DNA from: Candidatus Paceibacter sp.
Lineage (GTDB): Bacteria > Patescibacteriota > Patescibacteriia > S139-126
DNA length: 64,000 bases
NCBI GenBank assembly: GCA_020724865.1
Contig: DYGA01000005.1
Span: forward strand, 4,094-68,093
Reading direction: 5' to 3'
Every line of letters begins with the position of its first letter. Within the stretch, counting starts at the first letter, position 1. Made by a program: the position numbers and the translations under genes. Under the pieces are notes generated by a model. That model was not told where the DNA came from. It saw nothing but the letters and a program-made list of their open reading frames with translations, and made no database searches. Shown piece by piece: positions 20,348 to 29,410 of this stretch.

Positions 20348-21733
20348 TTGGAAACTGTATCTTTTTCTTGGCTGGTCATATTGCCTTTTGCTCTAATGTT
20401 GAGCATTATTGCCATTTTTCCTTTATGGAAAAAAACTGCCCATCGTTGGGAAAAAAATTCCTTTAAGTTATTGTTGGCTTTATTGTTGGGAATCCCTGTA
20501 GCAGTTTGGATGTTGATAATAGGTCAAACAGAATCAGTTATTCACGCCCTAGTTGAATATGGTCAATTTATCATATTACTCACAACCTTATTTGTTATTT
20601 CTGGTAATGTTTTTTTGCAAGGCGATATTGAAGCCACTCCCATAACCAATGTTAAATTTTTAGCTGTTGGGGGGATCCTGGCTTCTTTTATTGGCACTAC
20701 CGGTGCGGCAATGATTCTGATTAGACCATTGTTAAATACCAATAAGGAAAGAAAGTATGTTGTGCATACGGTTATATTTTTTATTTTTATTGTCGCCAAT
20801 TGTGGCGGACTGCTGACACCCCTTGGTGATCCGCCTTTATTTTTAGGAATGTTACGAGGGGTTCCGTTTAGCTGGACTTTTAGTTTATGGTCAGAATGGT
20901 TGTTTGTAGTTGGAGTTTTATTGCTGTTATATTTTTTAATGGATAATTATTATTATAGTTTGGAACCGACCAGTAATATTGTTAAAGATCAAACTCACAT
21001 TCTGCCGATTAAATTGGTTGGAAAAAGAAATTTACTTCTTTTGTTGGGGGTAGTTCTGTCGGTAGCATTTTTGCCGTCAATTGATTTAACTGCATATCAT
21101 CACAGTCATAATTTATCAGCACTTTTACCGGTTCGGGAAATTATTATGGGAATACTTATATTTTTATCGTTACGCGGTCCGCAGGTGGCTCGTCAGCAAA
21201 ATGAATTTAATTATCACGCTATTCAAGAGGTAGCCGCTTTATTTATTGGTATATTTTTAACTATGATTCCCGCTTTGATGTATCTGCGTCAGGTAGCACC
21301 GACTCTTCCTTTGAATGAAGTTACTTTTTTTATTTTTACCGGTGGTTTAAGTTCAGTTTTAGATAATGCGCCAACTTATCTGACTTTTTTTGAGATGGCC
21401 CAAGCCATGGGCGGAAATCCGAGTGTAGCTGGTGTTTATGAACCTTATTTGATTTCCATTTCATTGGGAGCGGTTTTCTGTGGAGCTATGACTTATATTG
21501 GCAACGGACCTAATTTTATGGTTAAAGCTATAGCTGAAGAAAGAAAGATAGCCATGCCTTCATTTATTGGTTATTTAAAATGGTCAGTGACTATTTTGGT
21601 ACCTTTATTTTCTGTTTTGGTAATGATATTTATTGTTGGTGGTTGGTGGGCTGTGGTTGGCTCTAGTATCTTAGCTTTGTATGTATTGTTCTTTTTATAT
21701 CTAAATTATTTTAAAAAAACAGCTTTGGTTTAA
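20348..21733 (+). CDS. Putative Na+/H+ antiporter (ion transporter superfamily)
   Basis: Many TMs; NCGGLLTPLGDPPL, SSVLDNAPTY, TYIGNGPNFMVK; GGAGG SD before TTG. Confidence 0.85.
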   Translation: METVSFSWLVILPFALMLSIIAIFPLWKKTAHRWEKNSFKLLLALLLGIPVAVWMLIIGQTESVIHALVEYGQFIILLTTLFVISGNVFLQGDIEATPITNVKFLAVGGILASFIGTTGAAMILIRPLLNTNKERKYVVHTVIFFIFIVANCGGLLTPLGDPPLFLGMLRGVPFSWTFSLWSEWLFVVGVLLLLYFLMDNYYYSLEPTSNIVKDQTHILPIKLVGKRNLLLLLGVVLSVAFLPSIDLTAYHHSHNLSALLPVREIIMGILIFLSLRGPQVARQQNEFNYHAIQEVAALFIGIFLTMIPALMYLRQVAPTLPLNEVTFFIFTGGLSSVLDNAPTYLTFFEMAQAMGGNPSVAGVYEPYLISISLGAVFCGAMTYIGNGPNFMVKAIAEERKIAMPSFIGYLKWSVTILVPLFSVLVMIFIVGGWWAVVGSSILALYVLFFLYLNYFKKTALV

Positions 21734-21738
21734 TATTT

Positions 21739-21763
21739 GCCCTGATTTACGTCAGGGCTTTTT
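21739..21763 (+). terminator. Terminator
   Basis: GCCCTGA-TTTACG-TCAGGGC-TTTTT. Confidence 0.8.
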
Positions 21764-21810
21764 TATTACTTAATAGATTATATGTTATACTTTAGTAAAT
21801 AAGTATTTTT

Positions 21811-24573
21811 ATGGATAAATCTGTTTTACAAAAAGATTTTCATAGTTTGGCTGCGTCTGAAGTGATGCAGTTATTGGAAACTTCAATTTATGGCTTATCT
21901 GCCCCAGAAGCCAAAGTTAGACAAGAAATTTTTGGCGCCAATATCTTGCCTGAAGAAAAAAAAGTATCAAAGTTGTTGATGTTTTTTTCTCAATTCAATA
22001 GTTTATTAGTTTATTTATTGTTGGCAGCGGCTGCATTGTCTTTTTATTTTGATCACTTGGTGGATGCTATAGTAATTTTTGTTGTTGTTTTATTTAATGC
22101 CATCTTTGGATTTGTACAGGAGTATCGTTCTGAAAAAGCTATAGCCGCATTGAAAAAATTAGTTAAAGATACCATAAGAATAATTCGAGCTGGTCAGCAA
22201 ATTGAAGTTGATATTGCTGAATTAGTGCCGGGAGATGTAATGTTGATAGCTGAAGGCGACAAAATTCCTGCTGATGGACGAGTGATTGAGGCAAAAAATT
22301 TATTGGTCAACGAAGCATCATTAACTGGTGAATCAATGCCGCAGCGGAAAATAATTGAGCCAGTAAAAATAAAAACTATTTTGCAGGAACGTGAAAATAT
22401 GGTTTATAGCGGCACGGTGGTGGTATCGGGTGAAGGTAAAATAGTAATCACTGCTACCGGCGTTGATACTGAGCTAGGAAAAATAGCCATTCAAGTACAA
22501 AGTTCCAGTCGAGGTAAAAGTCATTTTATGGATAAAGTTGATCAATTAGGTAAACAACTGGCTATTCTTGCTATAGTTGGTTCATTGTTAGTAGTATTAA
22601 TCGGCTGGTTCAATAATTTTACCTGGTTTGATCTGCTGTTATTTGGTATTGCTTCAGCAGTATCGGGTATTCCTGAAGGATTGCCAGTTGTTTTGGTGGT
22701 AGTATTGGCGATTGGTGTTCAACGGATGGCTAAACGTCGCGCAATTGTTAAACACTTAGCTTCGGTTGAACCTTTGGGTATGGTTGATGTAATTTGTACT
22801 GACAAAACCGGAACTTTAACAAAAAATATAATGACAGTGACAAATATTTTTTATGGTGGCAAGACCGTAGCATTGACCGGGACAGGTTATAAGTTGCAAG
22901 GTGATTTTTGGTTTGATGGAGCTAAAATTGTGCCTTTGACTGATCCGTGGTTATCACGAATGTTGATAGCTGGTTCAATTGTTCATCATTCCTCTTTGGT
23001 TTTAAAAACGGATGAGGAAAATAAAGATGAAACCATAGAAGTCGTAGGTGATCCAACAGAGGTAGCTTTGCTGATAGCTGCTCACAAAGCCGGACTTAGT
23101 AAAGAACAATTGTTGATAGATAATAAAGTTGTTGACAATTTGCCTTTTAGTTCAGATTATAAATTTCAAGCCGCTTTGGTTAGTAGTAAATTAACTGGTA
23201 ATTCTGAAGAAAAAAACATATATGCAATTGGCGCTTTAGAAACCTTATTGCCTCGTTGTAAAAAAGTGTTGTGGCAAGGCGAGGAGAAAAAAATCAGTGA
23301 CGAATTGTTAAATGAATACAAAAAAAATCATAAAAAGTTAGCCCAAGAAGGTTATCGGATTATTGCTATGGCATATCGTCAAATCAACGAAGAAAAAAAT
23401 AAACTCAACGAAATAAACCATGATGATGTTACGGGACTTACGTTACTAGGTTTATTTGCAATTATTGATCCTCCGCGAGAAGAGGTAAAAGCCGCCATTG
23501 AGTTGTGTCAGCGGGCTGGTATCAGAGTGGTTATGATTACCGGTGATAATATTGATACCGCCTTGGCTATAGGTAAACAAATTGGTTTAATTGATAAAAA
23601 ATCTGATCGTAATTATGTTTATACTGATCTGGAAATTGTTGATTATAATGATAAACAATTTTCTGAGTTAGCAAAAAATGTAAAAATTTTAGCTAGGGTT
23701 TCTCCAACAACTAAAATGCGTTTAGTTAAAGAGTTGCAAGCAGCTGGTCATACAGTGGCTATGACTGGTGATGGTGTAAATGATGCCCCAGCCTTGCAAC
23801 AGGCGGATATTGGTGTAGCCATGGGTAAAGTAGGCACTGATGTAGCCAGAGAGGCTGCGGAAATAGTTTTAACCGACGATAATTTTGCTTCATTAGTAAG
23901 TGCTGTAGAGGAAGGAAGGGCAGTGTTTAATAATGTCAGGCGCACCTCGGCATTTTTGGTTACTACCAATGTGGCAGAGTTTTTAACTTTAATAGTTATG
24001 TTGTTATTGGGTGTCGGTATGCCTTTGCTCCCCATTCAGATTTTATGGTTAAATTTGGTGACTGATGGTTTTGCTGGTATTTCATTAGCTACAGAAAAAA
24101 CTCATGGGGATGTTTTACATCGCGCACCATTTCCTCGAAATACTAAAATTTTAAATAAAGAAGTTTTTGATTTGATTTTTATCGTTGGCGTACTAATGGT
24201 TATGTGTGCAGTAGTTATAGGTTATCCGTTATTGAAAGCAGGACTTTATGAATATGGTCGTAGTTTAATTTTTGCTAGTATGTCGCTTTTACAATTATGG
24301 AATGTCTATAATTTACGCTCAATGAACAAATCTGTTTGGCGTGTAGGTTGGTTTAATAATAAATATATAAATTTTGGAGTTTTAGCTTCATTGGTTTTGA
24401 TGTTGGTGGTATTATATGTGCCTTTTTTACAAAAAGCATTTTCTTTTGTTTCTTTGACCGTCAAGGATTGGTTAATAATTATTCCTTTAACATTTTCAGT
24501 TATAGTCGGAGTAGAGATATATAAATATTTTAAATTTTATGATAAACGTTTATTTAAAAAGAGTGATGCTTGA
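21811..24573 (+). CDS. Cation-transporting P-type ATPase (P2A, Ca2+-like)
   Basis: TGES, IPEGL, DKTGTLT, TGDGVNDAPAL. Confidence 0.96.
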   Translation: MDKSVLQKDFHSLAASEVMQLLETSIYGLSAPEAKVRQEIFGANILPEEKKVSKLLMFFSQFNSLLVYLLLAAAALSFYFDHLVDAIVIFVVVLFNAIFGFVQEYRSEKAIAALKKLVKDTIRIIRAGQQIEVDIAELVPGDVMLIAEGDKIPADGRVIEAKNLLVNEASLTGESMPQRKIIEPVKIKTILQERENMVYSGTVVVSGEGKIVITATGVDTELGKIAIQVQSSSRGKSHFMDKVDQLGKQLAILAIVGSLLVVLIGWFNNFTWFDLLLFGIASAVSGIPEGLPVVLVVVLAIGVQRMAKRRAIVKHLASVEPLGMVDVICTDKTGTLTKNIMTVTNIFYGGKTVALTGTGYKLQGDFWFDGAKIVPLTDPWLSRMLIAGSIVHHSSLVLKTDEENKDETIEVVGDPTEVALLIAAHKAGLSKEQLLIDNKVVDNLPFSSDYKFQAALVSSKLTGNSEEKNIYAIGALETLLPRCKKVLWQGEEKKISDELLNEYKKNHKKLAQEGYRIIAMAYRQINEEKNKLNEINHDDVTGLTLLGLFAIIDPPREEVKAAIELCQRAGIRVVMITGDNIDTALAIGKQIGLIDKKSDRNYVYTDLEIVDYNDKQFSELAKNVKILARVSPTTKMRLVKELQAAGHTVAMTGDGVNDAPALQQADIGVAMGKVGTDVAREAAEIVLTDDNFASLVSAVEEGRAVFNNVRRTSAFLVTTNVAEFLTLIVMLLLGVGMPLLPIQILWLNLVTDGFAGISLATEKTHGDVLHRAPFPRNTKILNKEVFDLIFIVGVLMVMCAVVIGYPLLKAGLYEYGRSLIFASMSLLQLWNVYNLRSMNKSVWRVGWFNNKYINFGVLASLVLMLVVLYVPFLQKAFSFVSLTVKDWLIIIPLTFSVIVGVEIYKYFKFYDKRLFKKSDA

Positions 24574-24597
24574 CCGAGTAAAAAATTTTGCTATAAT
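24570..24597 (+). promoter_or_regulatory. Sigma70 promoter (extended -10) for the Asn leader/tRNA-Asn unit
   Basis: TTGACC-16-TATAAT with TG-n before -10; predicted start near ATG 24604. Confidence 0.75.
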
Positions 24598-24603
24598 TCG
24601 TAT

Positions 24604-24657
24604 ATGGTTAAACAAATATTAAATAATAATAATAATAATTTTTTAGAACGTCCTTAG
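24604..24657 (+). CDS. Putative Asn-sensing leader peptide MVKQILNNNNNNFLERP
   Basis: Six consecutive AAT codons; stop codon lies in the antiterminator arm; tRNA-Asn downstream. Confidence 0.7.
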   Translation: MVKQILNNNNNNFLERP

Positions 24658-24716
24658 GAGTACGGAAATTTTGTTTTATTTTAAAACCGGCTTCCTAAGG
24701 GCCGGATATTTTATTT
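24650..24716 (+). promoter_or_regulatory. Putative attenuator (antiterminator/terminator)
   Basis: 24650-60 pairs with 24692-702 (11 bp), excluding hairpin 24687-93/24699-705 plus AT-rich tail. Confidence 0.65.
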
Positions 24717-24718
24717 GT

Positions 24719-25075
24719 AACTGGTTCAAGATTTATAAGTTTTAAAGGTAGAATATTTATCCCGCCTAGCTGGCTGCAAAGATTAATACAAAGAAGTTTT
24801 AGTTTTAAATACCGTGTTGTTAATCCCGCGACCGCGGGATCGCTTGTCCGCCCTGTTACTTTTGTTGCCGAGTAGTTCAAAGGTAGAACGCTACGCTGTT
24901 AACGTAGATGTTGCAGGTTCGAGTCCTGCCTCGGCAGCCATAGTAACGGGGTGAATTCAAGCTCTAGCAGTCAATTTTGCGGGATAATATTTTTATATTG
25001 CAGTTTGTCACACTTTACGCGTAAGATGGCATGAAAGTCTACCTTGAGGGTTAAGCTAAATAAAATTGAATTGTT
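24719..25075 (+). ncRNA. Multi-helix RNA scaffold enclosing tRNA-Asn
   Basis: Nested complementary segments on both sides of the tRNA, many G-U pairs. Confidence 0.6.
24866..24940 (+). tRNA. tRNA-Asn(GTT)
   Basis: TGCCGAG/CTCGGCA acceptor, CTACG-CTGTTAA-CGTAG, G discriminator, CCA. Confidence 0.97.
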
Positions 25076-25121
25076 GGTCTATTATTTTGCCCAAAATCAA
25101 AACAACACTTATAGTGAAGAT

Positions 25122-25466
25122 ATGAGATTAATTATTTCTAAATATTACCCAGCACTATTTTGGATTAGCGTGATAATTAGCGCTGTGCTTTTGTTTATGC
25201 CAGGAGGCACTGAACCAGGGCTTCCTTATGTTGATAAGGTGGCTCATTTTTTATTGTTTGGTTGGTTGAGTTTATTGGGACTTAAAACTTATCAGCGCGT
25301 ATTTATTATTATTTCCAGTTTAATCGTTTATACAGTGCTAGCAGAATTTATCCAGTATTATTTTGTGACCAATCGAGGTTTGGAATTTATGGATGCGGTG
25401 ATGGGGATAGTGGGGATTGTGGTGGGGTGGTTTTTTTATAATCGTAAGTTTCTTAATCATAATTAA
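25122..25466 (+). CDS. VanZ-like membrane protein
   Basis: DKVAHFLLF, EFIQ..R motif; ATG 25122 preferred. Confidence 0.8.
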   Translation: MRLIISKYYPALFWISVIISAVLLFMPGGTEPGLPYVDKVAHFLLFGWLSLLGLKTYQRVFIIISSLIVYTVLAEFIQYYFVTNRGLEFMDAVMGIVGIVVGWFFYNRKFLNHN

Positions 25467-25480
25467 TCTATAATTTGAAT

Positions 25481-25586
25481 AATTATAATTATTAATTACT
25501 AATAACTAATTACTAATCAATGATTTATTTAAAAATTAAACAATTAATAGATTCATTAAAAATTAGTAATTAAAGATTAATAATTA
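25481..25586. repeat. Inverted heptamer arrays (AATTACT-type), empty site
   Basis: AATTATT AATTACT AATAACT AATTACT ... AATTAGT AATTAAA GATTAAT AATT. Confidence 0.65.
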
Positions 25587-25616
25587 AAAAACCCCGAAAT
25601 TAATTTCGGGGTTTTT
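25587..25616. terminator. Bidirectional terminator
   Basis: AAAAACCCCGAAATTAATTTCGGGGTTTTT perfect palindrome between convergent genes. Confidence 0.85.
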
Positions 25617-25635
25617 ACTATATTCCAGGTTCTAT

Positions 25636-26403
25636 TTAGTGTCCATGCGGCGCTAAGGTTGTAACCAGATAAATTATTAATATTCCTAGTATTAGCCAGA
25701 CAGATTGCCAAGCAATATATTTTTTATTGGTTTCATGGTGCAATTCGGGCATGATATCGGCCATAGCTAGATAAAGAAACCCGCCACCAGCAATAGCTAA
25801 AAGATAGGGGATAGTATTTTCGACAGTTATAGCAAAATAATATGTTGTTATTCCACCAAATATCGCTATTAAACCAGAAAAAAAATTCCACCATAAGGCT
25901 TTGGCTTTGGTAAATCCAGAATAAATAAGTATTCCAAAATCGGCTATTTCCTGGGGAATTTCATGTAAGGTGATAACCAAAGTTGTTATAATTCCTAAAC
26001 TGGGATTGATTAAAAAGCTGGTAGCAATTAAAGCACCGTCCACAAAATTGTGAATACCATCGCCAATAAGATTTATGTAACCAATTGATTTATTATTGTG
26101 AGCATGATGAGGACCATGACAATGACAGTGGTGCCAATGTAAATATTTTTCAATCAGGAAAAAAGCCAAAATTGATAGTAAGATAATTGCCGAAAGTAAA
26201 TCAGCTTCAATTTCTGTTTCCTGATGGCTAAAAAGTTCTGGAAAAATTCCAAAAAATACTGCTCCCAATAATGCTCCAGCTGCTAAACTAATTGTGATGC
26301 GGTTAAAAATTGGGTGATCAACTTTTGCTAAGAGTAAAATACCAGTAAAAGAAATAATACTGACAGCAAAGGTAGCGAGAATGATTTGCAATAAAAGTGA
26401 CAT
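25636..26403 (-). CDS. ZIP family zinc transporter
   Basis: His-rich loop, HNFVDG, HEIPQE. Confidence 0.95.
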   Translation of the reverse strand: MSLLLQIILATFAVSIISFTGILLLAKVDHPIFNRITISLAAGALLGAVFFGIFPELFSHQETEIEADLLSAIILLSILAFFLIEKYLHWHHCHCHGPHHAHNNKSIGYINLIGDGIHNFVDGALIATSFLINPSLGIITTLVITLHEIPQEIADFGILIYSGFTKAKALWWNFFSGLIAIFGGITTYYFAITVENTIPYLLAIAGGGFLYLAMADIMPELHHETNKKYIAWQSVWLILGILIIYLVTTLAPHGH

Positions 26404-26407
26404 AGTA

Positions 26408-26779
26408 TTAATGACAATGATTACATAGACCGCTCAAAATTAACTGGTGGGAGATATTTGTAAAATTTTTGATTTTATATTTGTGGTTACAAGGCAAACA
26501 TTCGGTGCGACCGCATCTTTGGCAAACAATGTGGTGGTGAATTTTTTTATCTAAGTAGTAAAAGGTTTCGTTATTAATAATTTCTTGAAAAATAATTTTT
26601 AGATTGGTTAAAAGTTTGAGATTGCGATAAATTGATACCAAATCAATTTGAGGTAAATATTGATAAATCTGTTTAGCTGATAGAGGAGTTTTGTATTTTT
26701 TTAAAACTTCTAAGATTAGTTGTCTAGGTGTGGTAATTTTGAAACCAGCTTGTTTTAATTTTAATTCTTGGTTAGTCAT
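26408..26779 (-). CDS. Fur family regulator (Zur-like)
   Basis: TTPRQLIL, SIYRNL, HHHIVCQRCG, CNHC. Confidence 0.92.
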   Translation of the reverse strand: MTNQELKLKQAGFKITTPRQLILEVLKKYKTPLSAKQIYQYLPQIDLVSIYRNLKLLTNLKIIFQEIINNETFYYLDKKIHHHIVCQRCGRTECLPCNHKYKIKNFTNISHQLILSGLCNHCH

Positions 26780-26782
26780 ATT

Positions 26783-26809
26783 TATAATTGCAAATCATTT
26801 GCAATTATA
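26783..26809. promoter_or_regulatory. Fur/Zur-type operator palindrome
   Basis: TATAATTGCAAAT-C-ATTTGCAATTATA next to the regulator start. Confidence 0.8.
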
Positions 26810-26882
26810 TTATTATACCTATAATAATTTGTCAAAAAGTATTTAGTGGATAAGTTTTTTTTAATTTGTTAAAATAATTTAT

Positions 26883-27986
26883 ATGCGACATAATTTAGTT
26901 AGCAAAATATTTATTATTTTGTTTTTATTTTTTTTACCTCTGACTTTGCATGCTCAAGAAGCATATTATCGTGCTGAAGTTTTGCAAGTTATTGCCCAAG
27001 AAGATTATCAGCGCGAAGACGGTTCTTACGGCGTCAGACAACATTTGTTATTACGTATAAAAAATAATGATTTAGCAGGTAAAGAGATAGAAATTAATAA
27101 TTTAAATGATTTTGATGTTTTATCACAAAATAAATATAAAGTTGGCGATCAGGTAATTGTTGCCCATTATCAAAATCAAACCGGTGAAGATTATTATCAA
27201 ATTCAAGATTATGTGCGGACAAAAAGTTTATTTTGGTTGGTTTTAGTCTTTATTTTACTGATAATAGCAATTGGAAAATGGAAGGGTTTACGGGCATTAC
27301 TTGGGCTTTGTTTGAGTTTTGTGGTGATAATGTATTTTATGATTCCGCAAATATTAGCGGGTTATTCGCCATTGCTAATTGGTACGATTGGTTCAGTTAT
27401 TATTTTGAGCATGTTAATTTATCTGACGGAAGGCTGGCAAAAGCTTTCTCATTTATCAATTTTGTCAATCGTTGTTAGTTTAAGTATCACAGCAGTATTA
27501 GCGGTGATATTTACCAATCTGGCTAATTTATTGGGTGGAGGGAGTGATGAAATTTTATTTTTAATAGGTGTAGGAGAAAATACTATTAATTTTAAAGGTT
27601 TATTGCTCACGGGTATTATTATTGGTACTTTGGGAGTGCTGGATGATGTAGTAGTCAGTCAGATTAGTTTAGTTGAGGAAATTAAAAATGCAAACCCCAG
27701 TTTATCAAGAAAGGAAATTTTTAATCGAGCGATGAAAGTTGGAATAACACATATTGGCGCAATGACCAATACTTTGTTTTTGGCTTATGCAGGTGCGGCA
27801 TTACCTTTATTATTATTATTTAGTGTACAGAATCCACCCTTTTTAAGTTTTTTTGATGTTATAAATAATGAATTAATAGCCACTGAGATAGTTCGCACCC
27901 TCACAGGTTCGGTGGGTTTAACTTTAGCTGCGCCAATTGCTACATTGGTGGCAGTATTGTCCCAAAAAAACAGTAGCTCTAATTAA
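26883..27986 (+). CDS. YibE/F family membrane protein
   Basis: IIGTLGVLDDV, NTLFLAYAG, EIVRTL. Confidence 0.9.
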   Translation: MRHNLVSKIFIILFLFFLPLTLHAQEAYYRAEVLQVIAQEDYQREDGSYGVRQHLLLRIKNNDLAGKEIEINNLNDFDVLSQNKYKVGDQVIVAHYQNQTGEDYYQIQDYVRTKSLFWLVLVFILLIIAIGKWKGLRALLGLCLSFVVIMYFMIPQILAGYSPLLIGTIGSVIILSMLIYLTEGWQKLSHLSILSIVVSLSITAVLAVIFTNLANLLGGGSDEILFLIGVGENTINFKGLLLTGIIIGTLGVLDDVVVSQISLVEEIKNANPSLSRKEIFNRAMKVGITHIGAMTNTLFLAYAGAALPLLLLFSVQNPPFLSFFDVINNELIATEIVRTLTGSVGLTLAAPIATLVAVLSQKNSSSN

Positions 27987-28020
27987 AACAAATTAAAAAT
28001 AATCTGTTATAATATACAAT

Positions 28021-29331
28021 ATGAATAAAAATAAAAATAACCATGCCCATGTAGTAGCAGTAGATATGGGATATGGTCATTTGCGAGCAGCTTATAATTT
28101 GAATGGACTGGCTGGTGGCCAAGTGTATAGTGTTAATCGTTATCGCGGCATTCCTCAAGCAGATAAAAGAATTTGGGAACAAAGTCGGAAATTTTATGAA
28201 TTTGTCTCTAAATTTAAAAATGTACCCTTGATCGGAAATAAGGCTTTTTCATATTTTGATAAATTTCAACAAATAGAAAATTTTTATCCTATCAGGGATA
28301 TGACCAAACCGACCTTACAACTTTCCCAAACCCTACAATTGATACGTCGAAAAAAATGGGGCAAACATTTTATTGATTTATTAAATAAAGATCCAAGACC
28401 ACTAGTATCTACTTTTTTTGTTACCGCTTTTATGGCTGAAGAGTTTGGTTATCGTGGAGATATATATTTGGTAGTTTGTGATGCTGATATCAGTCGGGCT
28501 TGGGCAAGTGATCAGGCTAATGTCAGTAGAATAAAATATTTTGTACCAACTGAGAGGGCGCGAACACGACTGAAAATGTATGGCGTTAGAGAAGAAAATA
28601 TATTTTTAACTGGTTTTCCTCTGCCCAAAGCCAATACCGGCTCCAAACGTTTGACTGTTTTAAAAAAAGATTTAGGTGTTAGACTGGCCAATTTGGATCC
28701 CAATGGTAAATATATAAAAACTTATGAACGTACCCTTCGTAAATATTTAGATGGTCATTTGCGTCGTACTCCTACTCGGCCACTTACTATTATGTTTGCC
28801 GTGGGAGGGGCAGGTGCGCAAAGGGAAATTGGCGTGGGTATTGTCAGAGCCTTACAAAAGAAATTAGTAGAAGACAAAGTAAAAATAATTTTGGTAGCCG
28901 GCATTCATAATGATGTAAGTAGATATTTTCGTGAAGAAATAATCAATTTAGGTTTAAGAAACGAGATCGGTAAAAGTATAAATATTATTTATGCTCCCAA
29001 TAAGCCAGCTTATTTTGAAGCTTTCAATCAGGCTTTACATCAAACTGACATCATTTGGACTAAACCCTCAGAGTTGTCTTTTTATACCGCTTTGGGATTG
29101 CCTTTTATATTAACTGAACCAATTGGCAGTCAGGAAATATGTAATCGTGGTTGGTTGGAAAAGATTGGTTCTGGTTTAAGACAAAAATCAATAGAACATA
29201 CAGCGGAATGGTTATTTGAATTGGTTGATTCTGGTTGGTTAGCGGAAGCAGCAGTTGAAGGATTTTTGGAAGCGCCTAATTTGGGTACTTACCATATCGA
29301 AGAGATCGTGCAGAAAAGTTATAAATTATAA
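28021..29331 (+). CDS. GT-B fold glycosyltransferase-like protein
   Basis: DMGYGHLRAA, TKPSEL, PIGSQE. Confidence 0.65.
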   Translation: MNKNKNNHAHVVAVDMGYGHLRAAYNLNGLAGGQVYSVNRYRGIPQADKRIWEQSRKFYEFVSKFKNVPLIGNKAFSYFDKFQQIENFYPIRDMTKPTLQLSQTLQLIRRKKWGKHFIDLLNKDPRPLVSTFFVTAFMAEEFGYRGDIYLVVCDADISRAWASDQANVSRIKYFVPTERARTRLKMYGVREENIFLTGFPLPKANTGSKRLTVLKKDLGVRLANLDPNGKYIKTYERTLRKYLDGHLRRTPTRPLTIMFAVGGAGAQREIGVGIVRALQKKLVEDKVKIILVAGIHNDVSRYFREEIINLGLRNEIGKSINIIYAPNKPAYFEAFNQALHQTDIIWTKPSELSFYTALGLPFILTEPIGSQEICNRGWLEKIGSGLRQKSIEHTAEWLFELVDSGWLAEAAVEGFLEAPNLGTYHIEEIVQKSYKL

Positions 29332-29410
29332 ACTTTAAATTTTATTTAAATTTAAAAAAACTCCTAATTGTTAGTAGGAGTTTTTTATATTGCTTAAAAA
29401 AATTATATGA

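Noticed and set aside
24695-24880. 61-aa minus-strand ORF
   Set aside because: Overlaps tRNA-Asn and its scaffold; no recognisable protein features.
24947-25060. Possible tmRNA (GGGGTGAA start) or T-box element
   Set aside because: No tmRNA tag frame or 3' T-arm/CCA end; no T-box consensus. The segment is better explained by pairing with the tRNA leader.
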